The translations under genes were made by a program, and so were the position numbers. The notes beneath the pieces were generated by a model that worked only from the letters and a program-made list of their open reading frames with translations, ran no database searches and had not been told where the DNA came from. A stretch of 64,000 bases of DNA from an uncultured Spirochaetota bacterium (GTDB taxonomy: Bacteria > Spirochaetota > UBA4802 > UBA5550), in assembly GCA_942491575.1 (NCBI GenBank), contig CALOBT010000025.1:1664299-1728298 (forward strand), given 5' to 3'. Positions 56,118 through 64,000 of this stretch are shown piece by piece (position 1 is the first letter of the stretch; each line of letters opens with the position of its first letter).

Positions 56118-56762
56118 TTACCTCACCCCACACTTTTTAAGATAGACCTCATGCATTGCTGCGGGATCAAACTTTTTCACCTCTGGATTCTGTTTCAGAA
56201 ATTCCTGTTCAATGTATTCTTCACAAGCATCCTCAAGGGTCCGTGCCACCTCAAAGGCTTCCTCCATGTCACTGCCGATACAGACGGCGCCATGATTGGC
56301 CATGAGGGCCGCTTTTCTTCCTTTAAGGGCTGCGGCAGTCCCTTTAGCCAGTTTACCTGTACCGGGGAGACCGTAGGGGGCCACCCGGATACTGGGACCG
56401 ATAAGGCGGGCCATATCTTCGTTTATGTGAGGCACCTCACGGCGTGCTGCTGCAACGGTTGAAGCGTTCATCTGGTGGGTATGTACCACTGCATTAATAT
56501 CACTGCTCTGCTTATAGACCTCGGCATGAAGTCCCTTCTCCGATGAAGGTTTCACCCCACCGTCGTAGCTGAGATCCTCAATTTTAACCTCGACGATGTC
56601 ATCGGGGGTCAGAGCTTCGTATGTCCTGCCGCTGGGAGTGATCACGAATGTCTCGGAATCAACCCGTACACTGATATTTCCCCAGGTACGGGCAACGAGA
56701 CCTTCCTTTACAAGTTTTCTCCCGGCATCACAGACAATCTGTTTTGCTTGCTGTTTATCCAT
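56118..56762 (-). CDS. Class II aldolase family enzyme (FucA/AraD-like)
   Basis: WGNISVR, PSSEKGLHAEVY, AVVHTHQMN, ALMANHGAV: all canonical Zn/His/Glu positions are present. Confidence 0.8.
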   Translation of the reverse strand: MDKQQAKQIVCDAGRKLVKEGLVARTWGNISVRVDSETFVITPSGRTYEALTPDDIVEVKIEDLSYDGGVKPSSEKGLHAEVYKQSSDINAVVHTHQMNASTVAAARREVPHINEDMARLIGPSIRVAPYGLPGTGKLAKGTAAALKGRKAALMANHGAVCIGSDMEEAFEVARTLEDACEEYIEQEFLKQNPEVKKFDPAAMHEVYLKKCGVR

Positions 56763-56764
56763 TA

Positions 56765-58255
56765 TTATACACCTTCGATATTCTGAAATACTTTATCGAA
56801 ACGTTTCAGGGCATCATCAATGAACTTATTGTCCTGCATTGCATTGGTATAGAGACGGCTTCCCGCGAGGGTTACCAGGCCTTCTGCCATGTATGCACAG
56901 CCCATATGTTCCATAACTTCCTTTCGAGACTTCGCTTCTTTGATGGTACCGGGTATAGTCCATGGTTTGCTCCAGTTTACGTCGAGAAGCATTGTTCCCA
57001 CGGTTTCGAGGTGACAGATTGATCCCTGGTTGAAGGCCACAAAGGGAAGATTATACTTCTTTACCAGCTCCTGCAGGCCCCTGGTGAGACGGTCCCCTGC
57101 TTTGCCTGCCTTTTCAGCTGCATTCGTCTTCTCAATCTCACAGAGGGTAAAGTAACCCGCTGCAGCAGTTAGTGGATTGGCCGCCATGGTACCGCCAACC
57201 AGTGCCTTCTTTACCTTCCCGCCGGCAATTCCCGCGGAGAGATACTTCATGTATTCTTTCTTTCCGCCGAGGCCCCCAGCAGAAGGATATCCGCCGCCTA
57301 TTACCTTACCAAAAACAGTCAGGTCGGGGATCACATCAAAGTATCCCTGGGCTCCGCTCATACCGAGTCTGAAGGCGGTTACAACCTCATCAAAAATCAA
57401 CAGGGCGCCGTACTTGTCACAGAGTTTACGGACCTGTTCGTTGAAGTCCCTGTCCAGGGGACGGGTTCCGCTTTCGGGACCGATGGGCTCAATAAGAACC
57501 GCTGCGGTACCGCCGCGAAATTTATTCATGAAGAGCTTTCGTTCAAGTGAATCTATGTCATTGGGGTAGAATTCCTGGGTATACTTGAAACAGTTTCTCG
57601 GAACACCATGTGCCTCCAGGGACTTGGTTCCTGGAATTCGAATTCCGTATGCAAGCTGATCACTCCATCCGTGATAGGCTCCCCCCATTTTGATAACATA
57701 TTTGTTTTTGGTAGCAAGACGGGCCACACGGATTGCCGCCATGTCAGCCTCGGTTCCGGAGCCGAGCATTCTAAGCATATCTACACCGGGCATATTATCC
57801 GCTACTTTTTTACTGATTTTATACTCATATTCATGGAAAAGTCCTGTTGTGGGACCGCATGTATTGAGGAGGTCAATAACCTGCTCCCGGACCACCTTCG
57901 GATTACTTCCCAGGACCGTGGGGCCCCCAGCCTGAAGGAAATCGAGGTATTTATGGCCATCCAGGTCATGAAGATAGGCCCCTTCAGCCTTCGTAAACAC
58001 AAGGGGAAATGGATGGTTGAAGGCCAGATTATGCTGAACCCCGCCGGGGATGTAGTTCACCGCTTCATCAATCATTTCCTTTGATTTTTTACAATTATTA
58101 TGAAACCACTGTTCATATTTTTTGAGGGATGATTCAGTAAGACTTCTCGGTGGCTGGCTCAAAAGCTGGTCCAGCTGCTTGTATACTTCCTTTGTATCAT
58201 GGTATTCACTTATGGCGAATCCTGTTGACTTCACTTCTTTTGCGTTTTTATTCAT
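56765..58255 (-). CDS. Class III PLP aminotransferase, glutamate-1-semialdehyde-aminomutase-like, with a ~60-aa N-terminal extension
   Basis: GSGTEADMAAIRVAR, GGAYHGW, LIFDEVVTAFRLG, FGKVIGGGYPSAGGLGGKKEYM (PLP Lys). 496 aa against about 430 for HemL. Confidence 0.8.
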   Translation of the reverse strand: MNKNAKEVKSTGFAISEYHDTKEVYKQLDQLLSQPPRSLTESSLKKYEQWFHNNCKKSKEMIDEAVNYIPGGVQHNLAFNHPFPLVFTKAEGAYLHDLDGHKYLDFLQAGGPTVLGSNPKVVREQVIDLLNTCGPTTGLFHEYEYKISKKVADNMPGVDMLRMLGSGTEADMAAIRVARLATKNKYVIKMGGAYHGWSDQLAYGIRIPGTKSLEAHGVPRNCFKYTQEFYPNDIDSLERKLFMNKFRGGTAAVLIEPIGPESGTRPLDRDFNEQVRKLCDKYGALLIFDEVVTAFRLGMSGAQGYFDVIPDLTVFGKVIGGGYPSAGGLGGKKEYMKYLSAGIAGGKVKKALVGGTMAANPLTAAAGYFTLCEIEKTNAAEKAGKAGDRLTRGLQELVKKYNLPFVAFNQGSICHLETVGTMLLDVNWSKPWTIPGTIKEAKSRKEVMEHMGCAYMAEGLVTLAGSRLYTNAMQDNKFIDDALKRFDKVFQNIEGV

Positions 58256-58550
58256 CCTGACCTCCAGTTAATTCCTATGCCGGGGAGACGAATCCCTGAC
58301 TCATTTTTCATATTTACCGGGGGATTTCCCCTGCTCAGTTAACAATAGATACACAAATTGAATTAAAATGTCTATGCACAACCTGATTAATCATAAATTG
58401 CTAAAATTTAACAGCCATTATTTTTCTATTTATATACAATTATTCTACCGTGAGGATATTTCAAGAATAATCGCTGAAAATAACTCTTTTTATAGAAAAA
58501 TTCTACTTTCCTTTTTATCTTTTAAGTGGAGGAGTTGGAGCAAAAGGAAG

Positions 58551-58967
58551 ATGAGAAACACAGAAAGAAGGGAATTCGGCCGCAGAAAAGATGAACGAAG
58601 ACTCTGGCCACGCCGTACTGGAGACCGCCGCGTCGCAAACCATGGAATAGTTGCCAGATCGGGATTTGCCGCACGCGAACCTGATGAACGCCGAATATTC
58701 GATCGTAGAGATGACGATCGCCGCATGAACAACCGCCGCCGCATCAGTCTGCCCTGGATATCAGGCGAAAGCCGGACAGGAATCGACCGCCGGGTCGAAG
58801 ACCGCCGCATGGGAGAACGCCGAACCTGTGACCGCCGGGATGACGAGAGCTGTTACAACCGCGCCCTTGAACTTTCAGAGCGAAAAGGATTCGACAGGCG
58901 AGTCCATGACCGGCGGCATCACCTGATCCGTCGGATTGCAGACAGGAGATTTCTCCAAACAGCGTAA
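58551..58967 (+). CDS. Arg-rich protein made of xx(D/E)RR pentapeptide-type repeats, function unknown
   Basis: MRNTERREFGRRKDERRLWPRRTGDRR...IFDRRDDDRRMNNRRR...IDRRVEDRRMGERRTCDRR...FDRRVHDRRHHLIRRIADRRFLQTA. GGAG lies 10 nt upstream of ATG 58551. The frame is also open back to ATG 58368 through AT-rich sequence, so the start is uncertain. Confidence 0.55.
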   Translation: MRNTERREFGRRKDERRLWPRRTGDRRVANHGIVARSGFAAREPDERRIFDRRDDDRRMNNRRRISLPWISGESRTGIDRRVEDRRMGERRTCDRRDDESCYNRALELSERKGFDRRVHDRRHHLIRRIADRRFLQTA

Positions 58968-59001
58968 TGAGTCGCCCTGGGGGCCTTCTCGTCACATTGA
59001 A

Positions 59002-60261
59002 TCACCCCCAGGGCTCCAAAACCCTTTCAAGGGCGTCCCTACCCTGCATTGCCGAAAGAAATATACCGTAATTGGTAAAGGGTACACCAAGGGCTTCAAG
59101 ATCGCGGATCCGGGCAGTCATTTTCTGCCTGCTGATCATACACCCCCCGCAATGAATTATCAGGGAATACTCCGCAAGCTTCCTGTTTTCCTGAAATTCC
59201 CGTCCAAAGGCGTGGTCCACGGTTACGCCGGGAAATTTTTCATTGATGATACGGGGAATCTGAACGGTACCGATATCCTCACTGATCCGGGAATGATTAC
59301 ACGCCTCGGCGATAAGGATGGAATCACCCGCCTTCAGGTTATCCAGGGCCCCTATACCCTCTGCAAATGAGGCTATTCTGCCGCCGCTCATATACTGAAT
59401 CATCACAATGGAAAATGTCGTAAGGGAAATATCTCCGGGACACCACTCCTTCATCACATCCATCGCCTGAGAATCGGTAATCATGCATTTTGGCTTTTTC
59501 CCCAGTGCATTAAGGAAAGTTTCAAAACGGTTTCTTTCCCTTTCACGATCCCCATTTTCGCCCCGCGCCTCCCGGAGATTAAGCCTGAAGGAAACCGGCC
59601 AGGCCCAGTTTCGGGTAATATATTCTTCCGTCATGGCCTGGGGCCGCAGGTAACGCCCCGGAGGGGTTTCCTCATCCATGGGAATGATGAGAATATAAAA
59701 TTCATCCCCCTCAATAAAGGGGAGCAGGTCCCCTGAGGGATTCTCCGGTTCATAGTGTGCCAGTATAAAATCAATTAAAGGCTTACGAAATGAGTCATCA
59801 TTGGCGCGAATTGATATTTTTTTATGAAATTTCAGCATGTCGATGGATGATTCCACTCTTTCAATGAGGGAGGCATCCCCCCTGTTGAAAAGGTTATAAA
59901 CAATGAGAATCTGGGCGTTCAGATCCCTTGCTTCTGCAAGAAGATTTTCCTCATGAAGAAAGTCATCCTTTGACGGATCAATAACAATAAGCGCCAGGTT
60001 ACATTCCTTTAAGTCACTCTTAACCTTCTTCTTTTTCTTTTCTCCGAGTTCGCTCTCCTCATCGATTCCGGCGGTGTCAAAAATCCTGACCGGGCCGATG
60101 CCGTGAATCTCATGAAGGGATATTTTGGTATCCGCGGTGGTACCCGGGGTATCGTCGACAATTGAGGTCGCCTGCCGGGTTATAAGATTCATAATGGAAC
60201 TTTTCCCGACATTCATCCTGCCGAATATGCCTATATTGTCCCGCTCAACAAGTACTGCCAT
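59002..60261 (-). CDS. hydF: [FeFe]-hydrogenase maturation GTPase
   Basis: GRMNVGKSS (P-loop), DTPGTT, DTAG, and the C-terminal cluster motif CNHS...HCGGC. Confidence 0.9.
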   Translation of the reverse strand: MAVLVERDNIGIFGRMNVGKSSIMNLITRQATSIVDDTPGTTADTKISLHEIHGIGPVRIFDTAGIDEESELGEKKKKKVKSDLKECNLALIVIDPSKDDFLHEENLLAEARDLNAQILIVYNLFNRGDASLIERVESSIDMLKFHKKISIRANDDSFRKPLIDFILAHYEPENPSGDLLPFIEGDEFYILIIPMDEETPPGRYLRPQAMTEEYITRNWAWPVSFRLNLREARGENGDRERERNRFETFLNALGKKPKCMITDSQAMDVMKEWCPGDISLTTFSIVMIQYMSGGRIASFAEGIGALDNLKAGDSILIAEACNHSRISEDIGTVQIPRIINEKFPGVTVDHAFGREFQENRKLAEYSLIIHCGGCMISRQKMTARIRDLEALGVPFTNYGIFLSAMQGRDALERVLEPWG

Positions 60262-61300
60262 AATGCATCCTCTTTTTGTAATGAATCGAGTGGCCTGGAT
60301 TTCGCAGTTCAGGATTCATCCCGCATGCCCTGCTCATAGAAATCAGCTGTCCCATAAAATCTGTGTAATCCCTGCTCCCCAATGGTTTGTTATTATAGAG
60401 CATGTAGTCTTCCCTGAATTCCTGTGGAGAAAACTGCGGCATAATAACATTGGCTCCTGCGTTAAGTCCCAGTTCCCTGCCATTGGGACTTAACGTTTCC
60501 AGTGCTGTTGTGGCGGCAATATTTATATCAGGCATTACAATCCTGAGCACCGCTATCATGTTTAATCCGAGATTGAGAGACTCTTCAGGGGAATAGGAAC
60601 CATTATCAAGCGGTGAACCCGCGCATGGAATATAGGGCCCCATCCCGCACATGTCAATATCCAGTTCCTGTAAGAAAAGAATATCACCCGCCAGGTCACC
60701 AATGGTCTGGAGGGGAGAATTAATCATGACACCGGAACCTACCTGGTACCCGATTTCCCTCAGGTCACGGAGACAGCGAAGCCTGTTATCAAAATCCATT
60801 TCTTCAGGGTGAAGCATCCCGTAGTGTTTTTTATTCGATGTTTCAATTCGAAGCAGGTACCGCGACACCCCCGCATCAAACATTCGCTGGTAATCTTCTC
60901 TTTTATGCTCTCCGATGGAGAGGGTGATACACATATCGGGGTAACCATTTTTAATATTATCAATAATGCTGCAGATAAAATCCACAAAGGAACTGTCCCT
61001 CCTTTCTCCCGACTGAAGTACCATGGATGACAGCCTGGAATGTTCCATAATATCAACACATTCCATAACTTCCCCCATTGAAAGCTCGAAACGATTAATC
61101 TTTTCATTTGATCTTCGGATACCGCAATAGAGACAGTCATTTACACAGATATTGGAAAATTCTATGAGCCCCCTGAAATAGATATTTTTCGACACTGTTT
61201 TATCTCTTATATCAACAGCTCTCCGGAATAGCTGTTGCTGCTCGTCGCCTTCAAGAGAAAGAAGTTCGATTATCTCCTTCTTAGAAATAGATGTCACGGT
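60245..61300 (-). CDS. hydE: [FeFe]-hydrogenase radical SAM maturase
   Basis: CVNDCLYCGIRRSN (CxxxCxxC), biotin-synthase-like fold length. I place the start at GTG 61300 (SD AGGAAGGGG upstream) rather than the TTG at 61312. It overlaps the hydG 3' end and the hydF start. Confidence 0.85.
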   Translation of the reverse strand, partial: TVTSISKKEIIELLSLEGDEQQQLFRRAVDIRDKTVSKNIYFRGLIEFSNICVNDCLYCGIRRSNEKINRFELSMGEVMECVDIMEHSRLSSMVLQSGERRDSSFVDFICSIIDNIKNGYPDMCITLSIGEHKREDYQRMFDAGVSRYLLRIETSNKKHYGMLHPEEMDFDNRLRCLRDLREIGYQVGSGVMINSPLQTIGDLAGDILFLQELDIDMCGMGPYIPCAGSPLDNGSYSPEESLNLGLNMIAVLRIVMPDINIAATTALETLSPNGRELGLNAGANVIMPQFSPQEFREDYMLYNNKPLGSRDYTDFMGQLISMSRACGMNPELRNPGHSIHYKKRMHYGSTC

Positions 61301-62690
61301 CCCCTTCCTCAATTTTTTTAAGGTTATTCAGGGTCTCCCTTCTTCTCGACTCCTCCGGAATCGCTGCACACTCCTTTTTAATAAGGTCATTTCCCAGGAT
61401 GCGTGTTTCCTCGTCGGCATAATCCATGAGGTACTCCTTCAGGGTGAGCAGGGCATTGGGCTGGCAGTGGAGCTTAATAAGACCCGGTTTTGCCATATCC
61501 ATAAAATCCCGTCCCGTTCGCCCCAGTCGGTAGCATCCGGTACAGAATGATGGAACATACCCAAGGTGCATGATATCTTTGATGACTTCCTGCAGGGGCC
61601 GGTGATCCCCGAGGGAAAACTGGCTCGCATCCTCTTCCCCGCCGCTGTAGCCCCCGGGATTGGTTCTGCTTCCCGCGGAAATCTGTGATACCCCCAGGGC
61701 CAGGGTTTCACGGCGCATCTCCGGTGACTCCCTCGTTGACATGATTATACCGGTGTAGGGCACCGCAAGGCGCAGTATGGCCACCAGTTTTTTAAAATCA
61801 CTGTCGGTTACACGATTCGGGGGCTCCTCCGCCACCGCTGATCCCTTCGCCGGTTCGAGCCTCGGAACGCTTATTGTGTGGGGCCCCACTCCGTATTTCT
61901 CTTCAAGATGCCGGACATGCTGCATCAGGGCGAGGACCTCAAAACGCCAGTCATATAAACCGAAGAGGGCACCGATACCGACATCATCTATCCCCGCTTC
62001 CATCGCCCTGTCCATGGCGGTGAGGCGCCACTGGTAGTCACTTTTCCTTCCTGTTAAGTGCATCTTTTGATAAGTATCATGATGGTAGGTTTCCTGGAAA
62101 AGCTGGTAGGTGCCGATGCCAGCCTCTTTCAGGAGGCGAAACTGGTCTGGTTCAAGTGGGGCAACATTGACATTAATTCGTCGGATTTCACTATTGTTGA
62201 TTCTGGTTTTGTAAATCGTATCAATTGAATCAAGGATATAACGAAAGCCCTCCCTCGGGTAGGATTCCCCCGCCACGAGAAGCACCCGTTTATGCCCCTC
62301 CCGGATCAGGCTTTGAGCCTCAGCGGCAACCTCCTCCTGGCTCAGAGCCTTCCGCTTCAACTCCCTGTTGGCAGCCCTGAAGGCGCAGTAGAGGCAGTCA
62401 TTCGAACAGAGATTTGATATATAGAGGGGGGCAAAAAGGACCAGCCGGTTTCCATATATGTTTTCCTTTATCTTTTTTGCCGCCGTAAAGAGCTGATCAA
62501 GGAGTTCAGGGTCAGTGATGCCGGCGAGAATGGCGATGTCATCAATATCGAGTCCCCCCGGTTCAAGGGACTTCGCCAGAACTTCCTTCACCATGTTTTT
62601 ATCATCACCAGTGCGGGACAGGAAACGAAAAATTTTCTCTTCATCTATCATGGGACCGCCATGCTCTTTATCTGTTTTGTAGCTGCTCAT
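61281..62690 (-). CDS. hydG: [FeFe]-hydrogenase radical SAM maturase (tyrosine lyase)
   Basis: CSNDCLYCAFRAANRE, ThiH-like core, C-terminal auxiliary cluster motif CTGCYRLGR...HCQPN. ATG 62690 is preferred; GTG 62738 is possible. Confidence 0.9.
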   Translation of the reverse strand: MSSYKTDKEHGGPMIDEEKIFRFLSRTGDDKNMVKEVLAKSLEPGGLDIDDIAILAGITDPELLDQLFTAAKKIKENIYGNRLVLFAPLYISNLCSNDCLYCAFRAANRELKRKALSQEEVAAEAQSLIREGHKRVLLVAGESYPREGFRYILDSIDTIYKTRINNSEIRRINVNVAPLEPDQFRLLKEAGIGTYQLFQETYHHDTYQKMHLTGRKSDYQWRLTAMDRAMEAGIDDVGIGALFGLYDWRFEVLALMQHVRHLEEKYGVGPHTISVPRLEPAKGSAVAEEPPNRVTDSDFKKLVAILRLAVPYTGIIMSTRESPEMRRETLALGVSQISAGSRTNPGGYSGGEEDASQFSLGDHRPLQEVIKDIMHLGYVPSFCTGCYRLGRTGRDFMDMAKPGLIKLHCQPNALLTLKEYLMDYADEETRILGNDLIKKECAAIPEESRRRETLNNLKKIEEGDRDIYF

Positions 62691-62953
62691 TTTTTCTTTT
62701 TCAAACAACAGAATCGATCCCCGGATAATTGTTGCCACATCCGGGAGACATCAAACATCAGTCCATTACCGGGGCGGTATTCTGTCAATAAATCTTATCA
62801 ACTTTCATTATAGTTGAGATGTGAATTTTAGCCAATAGTTAAAAAAATATTTTTATGGGGGAAGTTTTTTCACATGACGCGGGAAGAGGATTATGCGGCT
62901 TATTAAATTATAAAGACATCCCTGATCCCGAAGGCCTCTGGTCACTGTAAGGG

Positions 62954-62982
62954 TTGACAATCCAAAACATATGGTATGTAAT
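62954..62982 (+). promoter_or_regulatory. Sigma70-type promoter for the AOR-family gene
   Basis: TTGACA (62954-59), 17 nt, TGTAAT (62977-82). The inverted repeat ATGGTA-N8-TACCAT (62971-90) overlaps the -10. Confidence 0.55.
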
Positions 62983-63009
62983 ATTACCATCACAAATATG
63001 GGAGCGCTC

Positions 63010-64000
63010 ATGGAAACTCAACTTCGCGTAATGATTATAGATGCCTCAACGGGTTTTTACAGGATTAAACGATATAACCTGGGAGATTTTTACGGTCCCG
63101 TTGACCTTGGACTCCACCTTTCATCCCGGCTGAACAGCCTCAACATTGGCACGGGGCTCCTGGCGGGATCAATATTTCCCGGCTCCAACCGCCTCATCTT
63201 CAACGGTTTTTCCCCCTCATGGGGAGGATTCTACATCTCATCCATGGGTGGAGCGGGTCTGGTTTTCGATAACCTGGGACTCAACATGGTATCGATTATA
63301 GGCCGGGCACCTCAGCCATCGACTCTCTACCTGAACCGCCTCCATGAGGAGGAAATTCAATGTGAACTGACCCCCGTTGACCTCGAACAGGCATGGTTTA
63401 AAGAGGACAACGGAATATATGGTTTGTTCAGAGACACCCTTGAACGCTTCGGGGGCCGTTACGAAAAGGATGTCCGCATTCTCGCCACGGGTCCTGCGGC
63501 ACGAGAGAGCGATAACGGCGCCATCGGCTCCGTACCCATAATAAAAGGAGAGCTGACCCACGTCGACACCTGGGCGGGACGCGGTGGTTTCGGCTCCCGC
63601 CTGCTGCAGGAGCATGGCATTGCTTCGATAATTTACGGCGGCACCTTCCTTGACGATGACTTCCGTGACCGAAAGGTTGCAGACCGTTGGTTCATTGACC
63701 GGTACGAAAAGAAACTCGCCGCAAAGGACATCGAGGCAACCACCAAGTACCGCTACGACGATAAATTCAACACCGGTGGGACCTTCGGAGTCAACTATGC
63801 GAAACTTGCGGGAAACATGATTTCATTCAACTACCGCAGCATATTCATGACAGAAGAGGAACGACTCGACATACATGACAGGTTTGTACTCCAGCACTAC
63901 CTGAAACAGTTCAATGAAGAAACAATCGAGGCTAAACAACAGAAGACCTGCGGTGAGCCCTGTGCGGCGGTCTGCAAAAAAATGAACGGCCACTTCAAGA
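63010..64000 (+). CDS. Aldehyde:ferredoxin oxidoreductase (tungsto/molybdopterin AOR) family protein, N-terminal 330 aa (partial, runs off the right edge)
   Basis: Not in the ORF track (no stop in the window). Manual translation gives METQLRVMIIDASTGFYRIKRYNLGDFYGPVDLGLHL...IGTGLLAGSIFPGSNRLIFNGFSPSWGGFYISSMGGAG...WAGRGGFGSRLLQEHGIASIIYGG...KTCGEPCAAVCKK. This matches the AOR N-terminal domain pattern, with a Cys cluster where AORs bind their [4Fe-4S]. Confidence 0.7.
   Translation, partial: METQLRVMIIDASTGFYRIKRYNLGDFYGPVDLGLHLSSRLNSLNIGTGLLAGSIFPGSNRLIFNGFSPSWGGFYISSMGGAGLVFDNLGLNMVSIIGRAPQPSTLYLNRLHEEEIQCELTPVDLEQAWFKEDNGIYGLFRDTLERFGGRYEKDVRILATGPAARESDNGAIGSVPIIKGELTHVDTWAGRGGFGSRLLQEHGIASIIYGGTFLDDDFRDRKVADRWFIDRYEKKLAAKDIEATTKYRYDDKFNTGGTFGVNYAKLAGNMISFNYRSIFMTEEERLDIHDRFVLQHYLKQFNEETIEAKQQKTCGEPCAAVCKKMNGHFK

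Noticed and set aside
58368-58550. N-terminal 61-codon extension of the Arg-rich ORF.
   Set aside because: It is AT-rich with Phe/Ile/Asn/Lys-rich composition typical of non-coding DNA, and a GGAG lies upstream of the internal ATG 58551. It is kept as a stated uncertainty rather than a feature.
63238-63615. 125-aa minus-strand ORF near the right edge.
   Set aside because: It is antisense to the clearly recognisable AOR-family coding sequence.

Overview
Gene-dense chromosomal segment: by my count 57 protein-coding genes and one tRNA-Asp. There is no rRNA, transposase, integrase, phage gene or CRISPR array. The gene content points to a strictly anaerobic, diderm, fermentative or H2-metabolising bacterium. 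The phylum cannot be fixed from sequence alone; a Por/T9SS-like C-terminal sorting domain on one surface protein hints at an FCB-type or related uncultured lineage. Recognisable content falls into seven groups. (1) Housekeeping: ribBA, acpS, dus, pyrD, hisC, def-fmt, mtnA, apbE, M24 peptidase, galM, a NamZ-like DUF1343 protein and FAD-dependent glycerol-3-P dehydrogenase. (2) The futalosine menaquinone pathway, split into two clusters: mqnC-ubiE/menG, and ubiX-mqnE-mqnA with a nearby MTAN/MqnB-like nucleosidase. (3) The [FeFe]-hydrogenase maturase operon hydG-hydE-hydF, next to a partial aldehyde:ferredoxin oxidoreductase family gene. (4) A TonB-dependent uptake operon (exbB-exbD-tonB-small ORF-receptor) divergent from a tetR-led operon, with a His-tailed DMT transporter and a 2x[4Fe-4S] ferredoxin next door. 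(5) Two divergently transcribed giant surface proteins of 843 and 1401 aa. (6) Signalling proteins: a REC-PAS/GAF mega-sensor, a REC plus RsbW-like kinase protein, and an MCP. (7) A butyryl-CoA:acetate CoA-transferase-type gene behind a consensus promoter and a long structured leader. Two genes cut by the window edges (1-2908 minus, 63010-64000 plus) are missing from the supplied ORF track and were recovered by manual translation. The track also treats TTG/GTG as starts, so several starts were re-placed at internal ATG or GTG codons with Shine-Dalgarno support. The best candidates for undescribed biology are: a 138-aa Arg-rich protein built from xx(D/E)RR pentapeptide repeats; an HNH nuclease translationally coupled to an 822-aa protein with an N-terminal cNMP-binding-like domain; an operon of a HemL-like aminotransferase, an intact class II aldolase and a catalytically degenerate aldolase paralog; an apparently unrecognised ~60-aa repeat module in the giant lipoprotein; and several strong palindromes or structured non-coding stretches. 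All functional calls rest on motif recognition by eye; no database search or computation was run.
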